Shown here piece after piece: positions 25,569 through 34,708 of a stretch of 45,188 nt of DNA. The notes below the pieces were generated by a model. The model did not search any database and was not told the origin of the DNA. It saw nothing but the letters and a program-made list of their open reading frames with translations. The stretch is from a virus (lineage: Duplodnaviria; Caudoviricetes), in IMG/VR virus record IMGVR_UViG_3300046778_000113, positions 1 through 45,188 of that record; one strand, written 5' to 3'. Numbering within the stretch: position 1 is the first letter of the stretch; each line of letters starts with the position of its first letter. The translations under genes were made by a program, and so were the position numbers.

Positions 25569-26453
25569 TTATTTTTTAATGTCTAAAAAAGGAATCGGCG
25601 CACCAGCATAAATATTTTGTGGCAAAACTCCATTCCAGCGAGAGGCCTTTTCCATTTCAACTTCAATTTTACGCAATTCAAGCACATCTTTATTTTGCGC
25701 AAGCGCAGCGTTTTGAACTTTTAGTGAGTCAGCCTGAGCGGTTGCTATTTTTAGTTGCGCATAAGAGTCGCCATCTGCTTTTGCACGCGTTGCGCTAGCC
25801 TCGGCCTCGGCAATTGCTACCTTTTGCTTTTGCTCTGCCTCAACAGTTTTTAGTTTGTTTTCAGCAACCAAGCGCAATTGATTTTGCGTAACTTTCGCAT
25901 TAATTGCTTCCATGTAAGTGGCTGAAAATGAGAAGTTACGCATATCGATATTAATTACATTGGCACCGTAAAGCTCTAATTTCTTGCGCAATGCAGAGCT
26001 AATTTCTGCGGACACTTCGGCTCGCTTTTCAATTAACTCGGGTGCGGTATAGCGAGCAGTAACCGATTTAAAAACCTCGGCAGTTGCGGTTTGCACATAT
26101 GAAGACAAGTCACCATTGCGAGAGTATTTTTCAAAAACTTCTGCAACACGATCAGTCATAATGCTATAGCGAACCGTCATGCTTACTTTTACCGGCTGAG
26201 TATCGCTACTTGAGCCCTCCGCATTATCCACCGCCGCCTCCTCGGCACGAACATTAAACACGTTAAGCTTTTGCCATGGAGGAAGAACAACCAAGCCCTC
26301 TGGCTCAATACCGCGAATGGCGCCAAATTGAGTAATTACGCCTCGCATTCCAGTAGGCACTGTTTCAAAAGGGTTAAGCCAAATGCATAGAATAAATACA
26401 AAAAATCCGATAACGGCATTCTTGATGATTTTTGGGGTTACAAAGTTTTCCAT
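25569..26453 (-). CDS. SPFH/band-7 (prohibitin-like) membrane protein
   Basis: N-terminal TM, VPTGMRGV..QFG, AEAEA coiled coil, WNGVLP end. Confidence 0.9.
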   Translation of the reverse strand: MENFVTPKIIKNAVIGFFVFILCIWLNPFETVPTGMRGVITQFGAIRGIEPEGLVVLPPWQKLNVFNVRAEEAAVDNAEGSSSDTQPVKVSMTVRYSIMTDRVAEVFEKYSRNGDLSSYVQTATAEVFKSVTARYTAPELIEKRAEVSAEISSALRKKLELYGANVINIDMRNFSFSATYMEAINAKVTQNQLRLVAENKLKTVEAEQKQKVAIAEAEASATRAKADGDSYAQLKIATAQADSLKVQNAALAQNKDVLELRKIEVEMEKASRWNGVLPQNIYAGAPIPFLDIKK

Positions 26454-26499
26454 TTTTAATTCCTGATTGTTTAAGTGGGTTAATTTTTACAGCAAGTTA

Positions 26500-26528
26500 A
26501 TGTTATTTCATTGATAATAAATTATCAA
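26500..26528 (-). promoter_or_regulatory. Promoter TTGATA-17-TAACAT with operator 26511-26528
   Basis: Palindrome TTGATAATAAATTATCAA. Confidence 0.7.
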
Positions 26529-26710
26529 CAGGTATTTTAAATAAATTGCCGAATCGCCACGGTGGCAAGCCGCTATGAGGGAACAAACATTAAAACCCTG
26601 GCTGACTCATTGCCTCGGCGCAGCCTTGGAGATCTGCACCTGCAGTCGTTGACCGATATAGCCCGATCTACCGCATGAGCTGCGCGGCGTCACTGCTCAC
26701 AGTGCTGGCT

Positions 26711-27139
26711 TTAATCGAATCTATAAAACTCGTTAACTATTTCACTTGTTTCTGGAATGTCTCTTTGTATTCCGCGAGCGATGAAATCATCGACCGACTT
26801 CCCTTCGGTAATTTCAAGAAACTTATTAACAATTGCAAGATCGCGAGCAAGATGCCTGACCTGTCTATATTTTCGGAGCCTTAAAGCGCTAAACGCAACC
26901 TCTTCTGTTGGTGATGCAATCCTGCTGCCTTGCTTTAATATCCTATATATTTTGTAATGCCTTTCTTTGGCATTTTTCATGAGGCTTCCAGTCTTAATCG
27001 CTGATAAAATTTTGTAATGATACTCATCAACGCAAAAATGAGTTTGCGGAGCCTCTTTTATAGACACAAATTTCTTTGTAAATATTGCTAGCCCTTCTTC
27101 GCAGGCCTGCATTGTCATTCTAAAAAATACAGTTTCCAT
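26711..27139 (-). CDS. Hypothetical protein
   Basis: Start METVFF with a GGGGG RBS. Confidence 0.7.
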   Translation of the reverse strand: METVFFRMTMQACEEGLAIFTKKFVSIKEAPQTHFCVDEYHYKILSAIKTGSLMKNAKERHYKIYRILKQGSRIASPTEEVAFSALRLRKYRQVRHLARDLAIVNKFLEITEGKSVDDFIARGIQRDIPETSEIVNEFYRFD

Positions 27140-27147
27140 TTCGCCCC

Positions 27148-28839
27148 CTAAATCTTTGGTTGAAAAGCCTGAATGCAAGCAAGCTCTGCCTCGGCAGGAG
27201 TAATTCCCCAATATTTGTGCACGGCAGTGATTATCTGCTCTTTCGTGACGACCGTCGCTCCACCGGTTTTTTCATCGACGACGGGCGATGTAATTGGGTC
27301 GCCAAAATATTCATTTTCAGCGGACACAAAATCAGAAACGAAATCTTGACCAAATAACGGCGCTTGCTCTTCTTTGACCGGCTGACGTGATACTGGTGAG
27401 GCTATTGATGCAGAAGCATCGGCAACACGCTTACGCTCAGCCTCAACAGCTTCATTCGCTACGCGCGCAGCCTCAGCATCAATCTTTGCCTGCTCTTGAT
27501 TCTTGTGCTCCGCAATGCGGTTAATTGCTATCGCCTTTAAATCCTCAGCATCTTTTGCAATCAGCGATTGGATATCCGAAAACAAAAATGAATAATCTTT
27601 CGCGGCCACCTTAAGCATTGCTAGGTTTGCATCGATGATCGAAAGCACGCGGTTAGCCTCAATCTTTGCGCGAGCCAATTCATCATTTGCCGATTCCTGC
27701 AATGACTTGATTGTTTTCTTGCCCTTAATGGCGCCCGCAAAGTCTGCAGCAATCAACGGCATAGTTATTTGTCTAAAGCCATGGCCAAGCGCCGCAATCG
27801 CTTCGTTAGCGGTTTTAACGTGTGCAACCAATGCAGCCTTTGCAGAATCGATAATCTCAAATCGAATTTGATCCTTGCGCTGCTTAACCTGCTTATCTTC
27901 GTTCAGGCGGCACTCGCGCAGCATGGATGCAATAGCCTCAAGATCGCGGCTAAATTTATCGATATCGACAACCTCGCCAAGCACTTGCTTTTGCATATGG
28001 GAAATTTTTTCTTCCGCCTCTTTGCAAAGCTTCACGCGGTTTTCAGCGTTGGCAAAATCTTGGTCGGTTTCCATCTTCTGCTTTGATCGCTCAACCAATG
28101 CAACGCACGCGGCTTTGTATTCGTCGATATTGCTAACCAGCGTCAATCCTTTTTCGGTTGTGCTGGTTTTGTATGTGAGCGCCGGCAGAGTTTCCACAAG
28201 TTCGGCAATTGGTTTTGATTGCAAATTTTCTGCGCCCTTGTAATTATCCAAATCAATTGCGAATTGCACCCATCCTGAAAATATTTTTTCGCGCAACTCT
28301 GGATTTGAACGGTATTCAATGCGAATCGGCTTTAAAGTGCTATCAGTTCCTTTTGATGCAGAAAATAAGCACCACTCAGCGCCAGAAACTATTAATTGAT
28401 GCTCCATTTGGATCTGATAAACCAATGGAATTTCGCCAAGCTTTGCTGCTGCCTCAATAGATTTATTTAAGGTTTTGTGCTCATAAATTATTTCTTCATC
28501 CATGGTTTGACCATCGAGAGACGCGGACAATTTAAAGCCGTCAACATCAACCGACATTGTGCACGCAAATAATTCCTGCCCGATATATTCCTCGGCAAGC
28601 GGGCGATCTTCTGCCTCGAATCGGTGACCATCATCAAACAACTTTTGTTTTGATGGATCTATTTCTTCGAATGATCCAGTTGCGATTTCTTTCAGCAATT
28701 GATCGCGGCTTTTGTATGGGCTTTCGCCAAGCATTGCAGGTGCATCGCTGGCGTTAAATTGCTTAGGTGTTGCGCGGTATTTATGCCATGCATCACTTCC
28801 CTGAATAAGGTTGTGCATCTTTCTGTTTGTGATATTCAT
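27148..28839 (-). CDS. YqaJ-like viral recombinase exonuclease with a long helical C-terminus
   Basis: QGSDAWHKYR, ASDAPAMLG, SASLDG, YEHKT and QMEHQL motifs. Confidence 0.9.
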   Translation of the reverse strand: MNITNRKMHNLIQGSDAWHKYRATPKQFNASDAPAMLGESPYKSRDQLLKEIATGSFEEIDPSKQKLFDDGHRFEAEDRPLAEEYIGQELFACTMSVDVDGFKLSASLDGQTMDEEIIYEHKTLNKSIEAAAKLGEIPLVYQIQMEHQLIVSGAEWCLFSASKGTDSTLKPIRIEYRSNPELREKIFSGWVQFAIDLDNYKGAENLQSKPIAELVETLPALTYKTSTTEKGLTLVSNIDEYKAACVALVERSKQKMETDQDFANAENRVKLCKEAEEKISHMQKQVLGEVVDIDKFSRDLEAIASMLRECRLNEDKQVKQRKDQIRFEIIDSAKAALVAHVKTANEAIAALGHGFRQITMPLIAADFAGAIKGKKTIKSLQESANDELARAKIEANRVLSIIDANLAMLKVAAKDYSFLFSDIQSLIAKDAEDLKAIAINRIAEHKNQEQAKIDAEAARVANEAVEAERKRVADASASIASPVSRQPVKEEQAPLFGQDFVSDFVSAENEYFGDPITSPVVDEKTGGATVVTKEQIITAVHKYWGITPAEAELACIQAFQPKI

Positions 28840-29639
28840 TATTCAACCACCTCGCCTTCAGTGGGCGCCGCAATGGATTTAATAGCATTGATCTGATCAT
28901 CGCTAAGGGTGTATTTGATTCGCAGCGTGTTTATCACGTCATCATGTTTTTTTCTTCCTGAAACAATTCCTTTTTCATAAACAGGGAAATTCTTTTTGAA
29001 CGCCTCGTCATCCATTGGCGGCAATGTCACAGGCTCATTTGATTGCGATGGCGCTGGATTAATTTCGCGCTCGGCAGGAATTGTTTCCAGCTCATCCGGC
29101 GTATACACACCAAGAATTGCGCCAGGACAAAAAGCACGGCCCCAGTTTTTGACTTGAAGGTATCCAATTTGCTGCTTTTGGTTTGTTTTCCAAAGTGGAG
29201 AATTTCGAATCGTGATTTGATTCAGCGTCAACCACTCGCCCCAGACAAGCTCGCGCTCACCATTTGGGATGGCAGCAACGCGGCACGATAAGTTTTCGCC
29301 CTCCCCTTTGTATTCATAATGAAAGCGGCCATGTATCGCGCCTGTGGATTGCAGAACGGCGTTAACTAGCTGCGCCTCATAGCCAAGCTTTCCGCTTACA
29401 ATATGCGTTTTCTGGGCCACCGCAAATGGATTCATGCCCCACTGCAAGGCCTGCATCACAATTGCAGCACAGTCGGCTGCATTGCCGCGCAAATGCTCCG
29501 GGATGCTTGTCTTTCCGCGAGCCATTGTGTCCGCAAGAGTCATGACTCGGTCAAATGAACCGCCTTGCATAATCAAAGTTGATGCCGTTACGTGCGAAGA
29601 TTCTTGCAGTACCGGAGCGTTTATATTTTCACTGCTCAT
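28839..29639 (-). CDS. recT: RecT-family single-strand annealing protein
   Basis: IPEHLRGNAADC...QWGMNPFAVAQKTH...LGYEAQL; PGAILGVYTPDEL; adjacent to the exonuclease. Confidence 0.85.
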   Translation of the reverse strand: MSSENINAPVLQESSHVTASTLIMQGGSFDRVMTLADTMARGKTSIPEHLRGNAADCAAIVMQALQWGMNPFAVAQKTHIVSGKLGYEAQLVNAVLQSTGAIHGRFHYEYKGEGENLSCRVAAIPNGERELVWGEWLTLNQITIRNSPLWKTNQKQQIGYLQVKNWGRAFCPGAILGVYTPDELETIPAEREINPAPSQSNEPVTLPPMDDEAFKKNFPVYEKGIVSGRKKHDDVINTLRIKYTLSDDQINAIKSIAAPTEGEVVE

Positions 29640-29683
29640 AATTAAATCCTGTTGAGGCTCGCGATTATCGCGAGCGGGAATTG

Positions 29684-29712
29684 ATTGTATTCTTATGATA
29701 ATAAATTATCAA
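29684..29712 (-). promoter_or_regulatory. Promoter TTGATA-17-TACAAT with operator 29695-29712
   Basis: ATGATAATAAATTATCAA; hairpin GCTCGCGA-TTA-TCGCGAGC downstream. Confidence 0.7.
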
Positions 29713-30407
29713 TAGGTTTTGCCGATCTTTAATTGCTGTTCGCCAGCCGCTACGCCTGCATGTATCTGCGCTTTTTGGCCGCCTGCTTGACCATGAAGCA
29801 TGGCAAATCTAACAACCGGATCGGACTCATCTTTTTCCTTTGGCGCCTTAGATTCTCCAATCGTTTTTTGGGTTATGGTTTCAAGATATGCGGTATGCTT
29901 TTGTTTCTGATCTTCCGCAATATCTTTTGCAAATTCTCGAATAACAACATAAACGCCTATAACCCAGCCCTCGCAAAAAGCCTGTCCAGCCTTTCTTTTT
30001 GTGGCAGCAGAAACTCCCCTAAAAATATCCCTAGAAAGAAATTCAGCCTTATTTATTTCGCACTGACGGCGCAAAACCTCAAGGCTGTAGCCTGCAACCT
30101 CTGCGCAAGCGCTTGGGCCAACAAAAATAAAATGATGCCACTTTGTAAAAAGAGAGCACCCAAAGGATAGCCCAATAACCTGGCCAAGATGCCGAAACCA
30201 CAATGGTGGCGCTTTATATTTTATTTTTACAGTTGATTCCTTGACCTCAAAGATGCTCATGTCATCAGCTGATAGGCCGTATTTATTCATTAGCGCTCTA
30301 GCCTGCCTCATGGCAGATGCGGCCTCGTTTTCATTAGAGCTTTCTGATAGCGCCAAGCACTTTCTTATTTTATCCAGCGCCTTAGATCTCGCCCCTTGAT
30401 CATCCAT
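29709..30407 (-). CDS. DUF2786-domain protein
   Basis: LDKIRKCLALSESSNENEAASAMRQARALMNKYGL; RBS AGGAG before ATG 30407. Confidence 0.85.
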   Translation of the reverse strand: MDDQGARSKALDKIRKCLALSESSNENEAASAMRQARALMNKYGLSADDMSIFEVKESTVKIKYKAPPLWFRHLGQVIGLSFGCSLFTKWHHFIFVGPSACAEVAGYSLEVLRRQCEINKAEFLSRDIFRGVSAATKRKAGQAFCEGWVIGVYVVIREFAKDIAEDQKQKHTAYLETITQKTIGESKAPKEKDESDPVVRFAMLHGQAGGQKAQIHAGVAAGEQQLKIGKTY

Positions 30408-30408
30408 T

Positions 30409-30663
30409 TTAATTCTCCTTTGCTTGTGATTTAAAATGCTCAGAAATATCAATCCACTCATCACAAGTAGCCAAGTAACGCTTGCGATTGTGCGGATAAT
30501 AAAACTGATCACCATTGATCGCGTTGACGCCATCGATAATCGGCAGCGGCACATTGTGGCCAACCTTAAAAACCTGCGGCAATCTTTTGGCATTTTTCTT
30601 GCGGCCCATAAAAATCATGAACAAAATTCCGAATGTTGCGCAAAACAAAAAATAATAAATCAT
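30409..30663 (-). CDS. Hypothetical membrane-anchored protein
   Basis: Hydrophobic N-terminus; overlaps the upstream stop. Confidence 0.6.
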   Translation of the reverse strand: MIYYFLFCATFGILFMIFMGRKKNAKRLPQVFKVGHNVPLPIIDGVNAINGDQFYYPHNRKRYLATCDEWIDISEHFKSQAKEN

Positions 30664-31013
30664 GGCATAAACCCCAGTTTTTCAGCTTCATTTTCAAATA
30701 GATATTCGCAGATTGCATATTGCGCAACGCGGCGCATTAGATCTTTGAGTCGGTTAGGATTATTTTCGTAAGCCGCTTTCGCCGCGCCTGCAAAAAGTGG
30801 ATGCGCTGCGACCTGTACAATTACATCATCAAGATCATATCGATTTCCTTGGTAAAAAATCTTGGTCGGTCTGCCTGCAAGCATTTCATCTGCCTGCAGG
30901 CGAACAGCTCGGCGTTTTGTATGCGCCTCGCGTTCAACCAAGAAGGTAACGGGTCTTGCTACTGATTCGAGCATATCTTTCTCCGTTTGTTTATTATTAA
31001 TAATCACCGCCAA
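30660..31013 (-). CDS. Hypothetical protein (start uncertain)
   Basis: ORF within a co-oriented gene string. Confidence 0.6.
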   Translation of the reverse strand: MAVIINNKQTEKDMLESVARPVTFLVEREAHTKRRAVRLQADEMLAGRPTKIFYQGNRYDLDDVIVQVAAHPLFAGAAKAAYENNPNRLKDLMRRVAQYAICEYLFENEAEKLGFMP

Positions 31014-31285
31014 TAAGTGACGCCATCATTGCACGCATATCCGTTTTTATCCGGCTCAATTGTTGTGGTTATTACAGATCCAACTTTTCCTCCATAAGTA
31101 ACCCCAATTCCATTTCCAATCAATACACCACCCTTAACATGGCCGACAATTTTGCAGTCATGCCCAGCATAGAATTTATCCCATTCTTTTTGATCCAAAA
31201 TATCAAAATAAATAGCCGCCGGAATTGATAAAAAAAGAGCTGCAAATAGCAAAAGCAAAGACCTTCCAATCCAATCTTCATTCAT
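31004..31285 (-). CDS. Hypothetical membrane-anchored protein
   Basis: TM segment, then EWDKF..HDCKIVG...YACNDGVTYWR. Confidence 0.65.
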   Translation of the reverse strand: MNEDWIGRSLLLLFAALFLSIPAAIYFDILDQKEWDKFYAGHDCKIVGHVKGGVLIGNGIGVTYGGKVGSVITTTIEPDKNGYACNDGVTYWR

Positions 31286-31340
31286 GGTTTTTATAAAGTA
31301 GAGCATACATCTCTCCGTCTGGTTACCGTTGTGTGCGACG

Positions 31341-31640
31341 CTATATGGCATCAAAGTCGCGTATTTTCTCGGCATCAATTTTGCTTAGGCCAAACCCTAT
31401 GTATTGCATGGGGTCTAACGCTAAATTTTTTAGAAATGGCGGTAGTTTTTCTGGGATATTTCCGCAATTCCAAAACCACCATTGATCGCCCATGCTTTGA
31501 GGTGTTGCGTGCTGGTACGTTATACCAAGCTCTTTCATAGCCTCCTGCGGGTGCATTCTTCCAATCCGCTTTACATCATCCGTATTTTCAGCATCTTTGC
31601 TGTAATGGCTATACGCCATGCAAAATCTTAAATGCGTCAT
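31341..31640 (-). CDS. Hypothetical phage protein
   Basis: HPQEAMKELGITYQHATPQSMGDQWWFWNC motif. Confidence 0.7.
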   Translation of the reverse strand: MTHLRFCMAYSHYSKDAENTDDVKRIGRMHPQEAMKELGITYQHATPQSMGDQWWFWNCGNIPEKLPPFLKNLALDPMQYIGFGLSKIDAEKIRDFDAI

Positions 31641-31688
31641 TATCTTTATCCTGTAGTTGTTATGCGCCCCGTGAGGCGCGGTTGTTGG

Positions 31689-31919
31689 TTAAGCTTTGAG
31701 AAGGCAGAACTGCGCGAACTTTTCGCCATCGTGGTAGTTGATTGCGAAAGTGGTTTGGCGGCCAAGATATTTATCGTTTTTGGCGACCATGTTCAAATAC
31801 TTGTTGATATGCTTGCATCCGAAAATCTTTTTAAAATTTGTTTCGATGCTCAGCGCCTCAAAATGAGAAGGCGTTTTGTCATCGCGTACTACAAGCTTGT
31901 TTAATGTCAGCATTTTCAA
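31689..31919 (-). CDS. Hypothetical protein, first gene after a promoter
   Basis: RBS AAGGTG. Confidence 0.6.
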   Translation of the reverse strand: MKMLTLNKLVVRDDKTPSHFEALSIETNFKKIFGCKHINKYLNMVAKNDKYLGRQTTFAINYHDGEKFAQFCLLKA

Positions 31920-31941
31920 TCACCTTATTCACCGCTTCGCG

Positions 31942-31992
31942 TTATTGCTCAGCCCATGGATAAATACTAATGCAGTGATAATATATTATCAA
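31942..31992 (-). promoter_or_regulatory. Promoter TTGATA-17-TAGTAT with operator 31975-31992 and a conserved leader
   Basis: GTGATAATATATTATCAA; leader CATGGGCTGAGCAATAA. Confidence 0.75.
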
Positions 31993-32005
31993 GTTATTTC
32001 TTGAA

Positions 32006-32224
32006 TTATTTCACTTTAACCGCTCGCCCTTTATCGCCAATCTGCAAGCAAAGGCGAGAAAAATCGCCATTAGAGTAAAACACCCACCATGAATCAGTTT
32101 TAAGGTTTGATTTTGCATCAAATTTAATAAGCCCGCTTTCGCCAGACGGATGTATTATTTTATCGCCTTCGCGCAATTCGTTTCCCGCAAAGTCTTTCCA
32201 TGGGCACAATCTTCTCTTTCTCAT
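32006..32224 (-). CDS. Hypothetical protein
   Basis: PWKDFAGNELREGDKIIHPSGE...SRLCLQIGDKG. Confidence 0.7.
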   Translation of the reverse strand: MRKRRLCPWKDFAGNELREGDKIIHPSGESGLIKFDAKSNLKTDSWWVFYSNGDFSRLCLQIGDKGRAVKVK

Positions 32225-32907
32225 GCGAGAAACTCCTGGATGCTTTTATTCTTAGCCATGGCCGATATGCCTTTGGGTGTTATCAGTGCCTGCCAAGAAT
32301 AATCATCGGCACCGCTGGTGCGCGTGAACGTGGCGCGCTTATGAATCATAAAGCCTTGGTCAATCCGGTTCTGATAGGCCGCCCAAGACTTCGAGCCAGT
32401 GCGACGGAATATCCAGCCATTGATCTGCAGCCACTTGATAAACAGGCTAGGCTTGATTTGCAGGTGCTTGGCCGCATCGGTTAGGCAAAGTTCGCCCTCG
32501 GCTTCTGAGATTAGATCAAAGGCAATGGCCTTGGGTTCAGCTATGGCCAATCGGTTTGATTGGTCGTCGATTACCTTTTGCGCGGTTAGCACGGCATTGG
32601 CTAGCTGTAGAAGTGGGTTTTCAGGCTGCTTGTTTTCCAGCTCTTGCCAGCGGTCAATAATTGCCAGCCGATACTTTACAGAGTAGCCAGAAACTACAAG
32701 ATCGCATTCTCTTTTAGGGAGAAGATAACAAGGATAAGTTCGGTTATTTGCATCCGAATAGACGTGAGCAAATTTGCTCGGATCTAAATCGGCCTGAGAC
32801 AATGTGTTCATAATGTCTCGCTTAACATCGGAATGATTTTTTCCTGTTAATTTCGCAATATCCAGGCTGGACATTGTTAAAACTTTACCGCTGATTAAAT
32901 CCTGCAT
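32221..32907 (-). CDS. Rha-family regulator fused to an antirepressor (KilAC/ANT) domain
   Basis: MSSLDIAKLTGKNHSDVKRDI, SGYSVKYRLAIIDRWQELE, then PKAIAFD...LTDAAKHL...ITPKG. Confidence 0.9.
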   Translation of the reverse strand: MQDLISGKVLTMSSLDIAKLTGKNHSDVKRDIMNTLSQADLDPSKFAHVYSDANNRTYPCYLLPKRECDLVVSGYSVKYRLAIIDRWQELENKQPENPLLQLANAVLTAQKVIDDQSNRLAIAEPKAIAFDLISEAEGELCLTDAAKHLQIKPSLFIKWLQINGWIFRRTGSKSWAAYQNRIDQGFMIHKRATFTRTSGADDYSWQALITPKGISAMAKNKSIQEFLA

Positions 32908-32920
32908 AAATAATCCCCAT

Positions 32921-33062
32921 AAAAAAAGCGCTATACGGCGACCGGTTCGAATTGGCTAAAAGTCTGCAAAGGCAACAAACTCTTAACACCCGGTCTGCGT
33001 ATAACGCATTAGTACCTTAAAATTTACAGACTGGATTCGACGCCAGCGACAAAACTATAGCA
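32921..33062 (-). promoter_or_regulatory. Extended -10 promoter and attenuator-like structured leader of the Rha/ant gene
   Basis: TGcTATAGT; long hairpin GCGTTATACG..GACCGG/CCGGTC..CGTATAGCGC followed by T7. Confidence 0.6.
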
Positions 33063-33069
33063 CAGAAAA

Positions 33070-33447
33070 TTAATAATATTCTGTCGGATTGCAATCATTT
33101 AGATATTTTTTTGATTCCGCCCTAAAGTCAAAATTACTCAATAAAGCATAGCTTTCGTTTATTTCAATATCTATAAGTAGTGATTGCCTAATAACTGCAA
33201 GCATGCACGCCGGGCAGCCATCAACAAATTCACGCATTGCTTTAAATTTCGCATCGTGCCCAGTACCAAGTATTTTAACGGCCTCAGCTATATCGCAACC
33301 ATTGCCGCCATTACCAAGAGCGCAAAGCCTGCAGGCTCTTTTGGGATTGTTAGTGCAATGCAATTCATGGCGTCTCATATAAAACGACGATCCGCCTTGT
33401 TTTTTGCAAAAGTCGCAGTAATAGCGCTTAACGGTTTTAATTTTCAT
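33070..33447 (-). CDS. Zn-finger-like hypothetical protein
   Basis: YYCDFCKK...HELHCTNNP.R.CRLC...CPAC. Confidence 0.7.
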   Translation of the reverse strand: MKIKTVKRYYCDFCKKQGGSSFYMRRHELHCTNNPKRACRLCALGNGGNGCDIAEAVKILGTGHDAKFKAMREFVDGCPACMLAVIRQSLLIDIEINESYALLSNFDFRAESKKYLNDCNPTEYY

Positions 33448-33884
33448 TAGTTAAATTCCTCAAATGACCAGCCGCCGCCATCTTTTTTAGGCGCTTTCTT
33501 AACGGCAATAAATTTAAACGGAAACTTGCTTGCGGCGACTTTGATTTTTACCCGCGCGTCATCCGTCCAAAAACCTTTGGTTTCGTGAATCTCCATTCGA
33601 CCATCTGACAGCATTACAGCGAAGTCCGGAGTATAAAAAGTGTTATCCGCAAGCCTAAACTTAATGCCCTCGAATTCATACCAGGCAATTCCCCCAAGAT
33701 GAAGCCTTTGCGCAAGATGTGCCGCATAAGCCTTTTCGAGATTGTTCATTTGGCCAATCTTTAGCCTGCCAAGCGCCTGCATTCTTTGGGTTGAGGTAAG
33801 TGGCTTTGTGCCGCCCTTGCGCTCAATTGCGGCCTCCGCTCGCTTGCGAACCAAGCTTGCAAGATCATTTTCATTTAGGCGCAT
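33447..33884 (-). CDS. PD-(D/E)XK endonuclease (DUF1064-like)
   Basis: YTPDF...EIHETKGFWTDDARVKIK. Confidence 0.8.
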   Translation of the reverse strand: MRLNENDLASLVRKRAEAAIERKGGTKPLTSTQRMQALGRLKIGQMNNLEKAYAAHLAQRLHLGGIAWYEFEGIKFRLADNTFYTPDFAVMLSDGRMEIHETKGFWTDDARVKIKVAASKFPFKFIAVKKAPKKDGGGWSFEEFN

Positions 33885-34146
33885 TGTTTAATACCCCATG
33901 AGATTTACACCATTCCGAATGCCATTGCTCAAGCTCAGAAAGCAGATAATAGGGCACAACTCTTCCGCATTTAACGACCTCATATCTCGCCGCCGGCAAT
34001 GGAAATTTGCGAGCTCTAGTGGCAATGGTTTCTCTATGCATATTTTTCATTTGCGCGAATTCCGTTATGGATCTTGTCGGCTCGCGCGCAACTTTTGTTT
34101 TGTGTCGATTCGCAACGGACATATCGTGATGAAGGCGAATTGTCAT
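33871..34146 (-). CDS. Putative winged-HTH (excisionase/AlpA-like) DNA-binding protein
   Basis: SITEFAQ...RETI...FPLP...YYLLSELEQW pattern. Confidence 0.45.
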   Translation of the reverse strand: MTIRLHHDMSVANRHKTKVAREPTRSITEFAQMKNMHRETIATRARKFPLPAARYEVVKCGRVVPYYLLSELEQWHSEWCKSHGVLNNAPK

Positions 34147-34400
34147 AGGGTAGCCCGCTTATTCCATTGCTCAAGACAATGAACGCGTGCGCGAGCTATG
34201 AATTCAAGACCGTAGCGGTAATCTATAAAGTCATCAGATTGCCGCTCTTCAATGGTCATTAAATCGCAAATTTGCACGCCTGTTGCAGCCAGCCCGCACT
34301 CACACTCAAGCTCATATTGCGTGCCGTACATTTCTTCATCTGGCGGAACTTCCAGCTTTTCGCCACAGAATGGGCATGGTAAATTTTCAGTAGCGCTCAC
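34143..34400 (-). CDS. Lar-like (restriction alleviation) zinc-ribbon protein
   Basis: LPCPFCG...CECG...WNKRA. Confidence 0.65.
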   Translation of the reverse strand: MSATENLPCPFCGEKLEVPPDEEMYGTQYELECECGLAATGVQICDLMTIEERQSDDFIDYRYGLEFIARARVHCLEQWNKRATL

Positions 34401-34708
34401 TTCAATTTCCCCTTAAGAATATTTAAACGCCTGCGCATATCTTCACGATATCCAGAGGGCTCCATTGTGCTTAAACCGTCAACGATATCGCGGTTAGCTT
34501 TTGTTATTTGAGCGAGCCCAGCGGCAGCAATGCGCTTTTCAAACATCGTATTTGCCACACGCCAGCGCCTAGCATCCTCATCAATCGCTGCGCGCTGCTC
34601 AAGCGGAAGCAATGCCAGATTTCCTAGATAGGATTTAGGCAATGATTCCAAAAGGTTATTGGCGAACGGGATAACCTTTGGATCGGCTTGCTTAATTGCC
34701 ATTTTCAA
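34397..34708 (-). CDS. Hypothetical protein
   Basis: Coupled ORF; YREDMRRRLN C-terminus. Confidence 0.65.
   Translation of the reverse strand: MKMAIKQADPKVIPFANNLLESLPKSYLGNLALLPLEQRAAIDEDARRWRVANTMFEKRIAAAGLAQITKANRDIVDGLSTMEPSGYREDMRRRLNILKGKLK

Noticed and set aside
27635-29655. Multiple + strand ORFs opposite the exonuclease and recT genes (and similar shadow ORFs elsewhere)
   Set aside because: They overlap well-supported genes on the other strand and lack RBSs and recognisable motifs.
32999-33005. GTATAAC complementary to the GTTATAC core at 25052
   Set aside because: It is 8 kb away, is not followed by an attC fold, and is part of the Rha leader hairpin.
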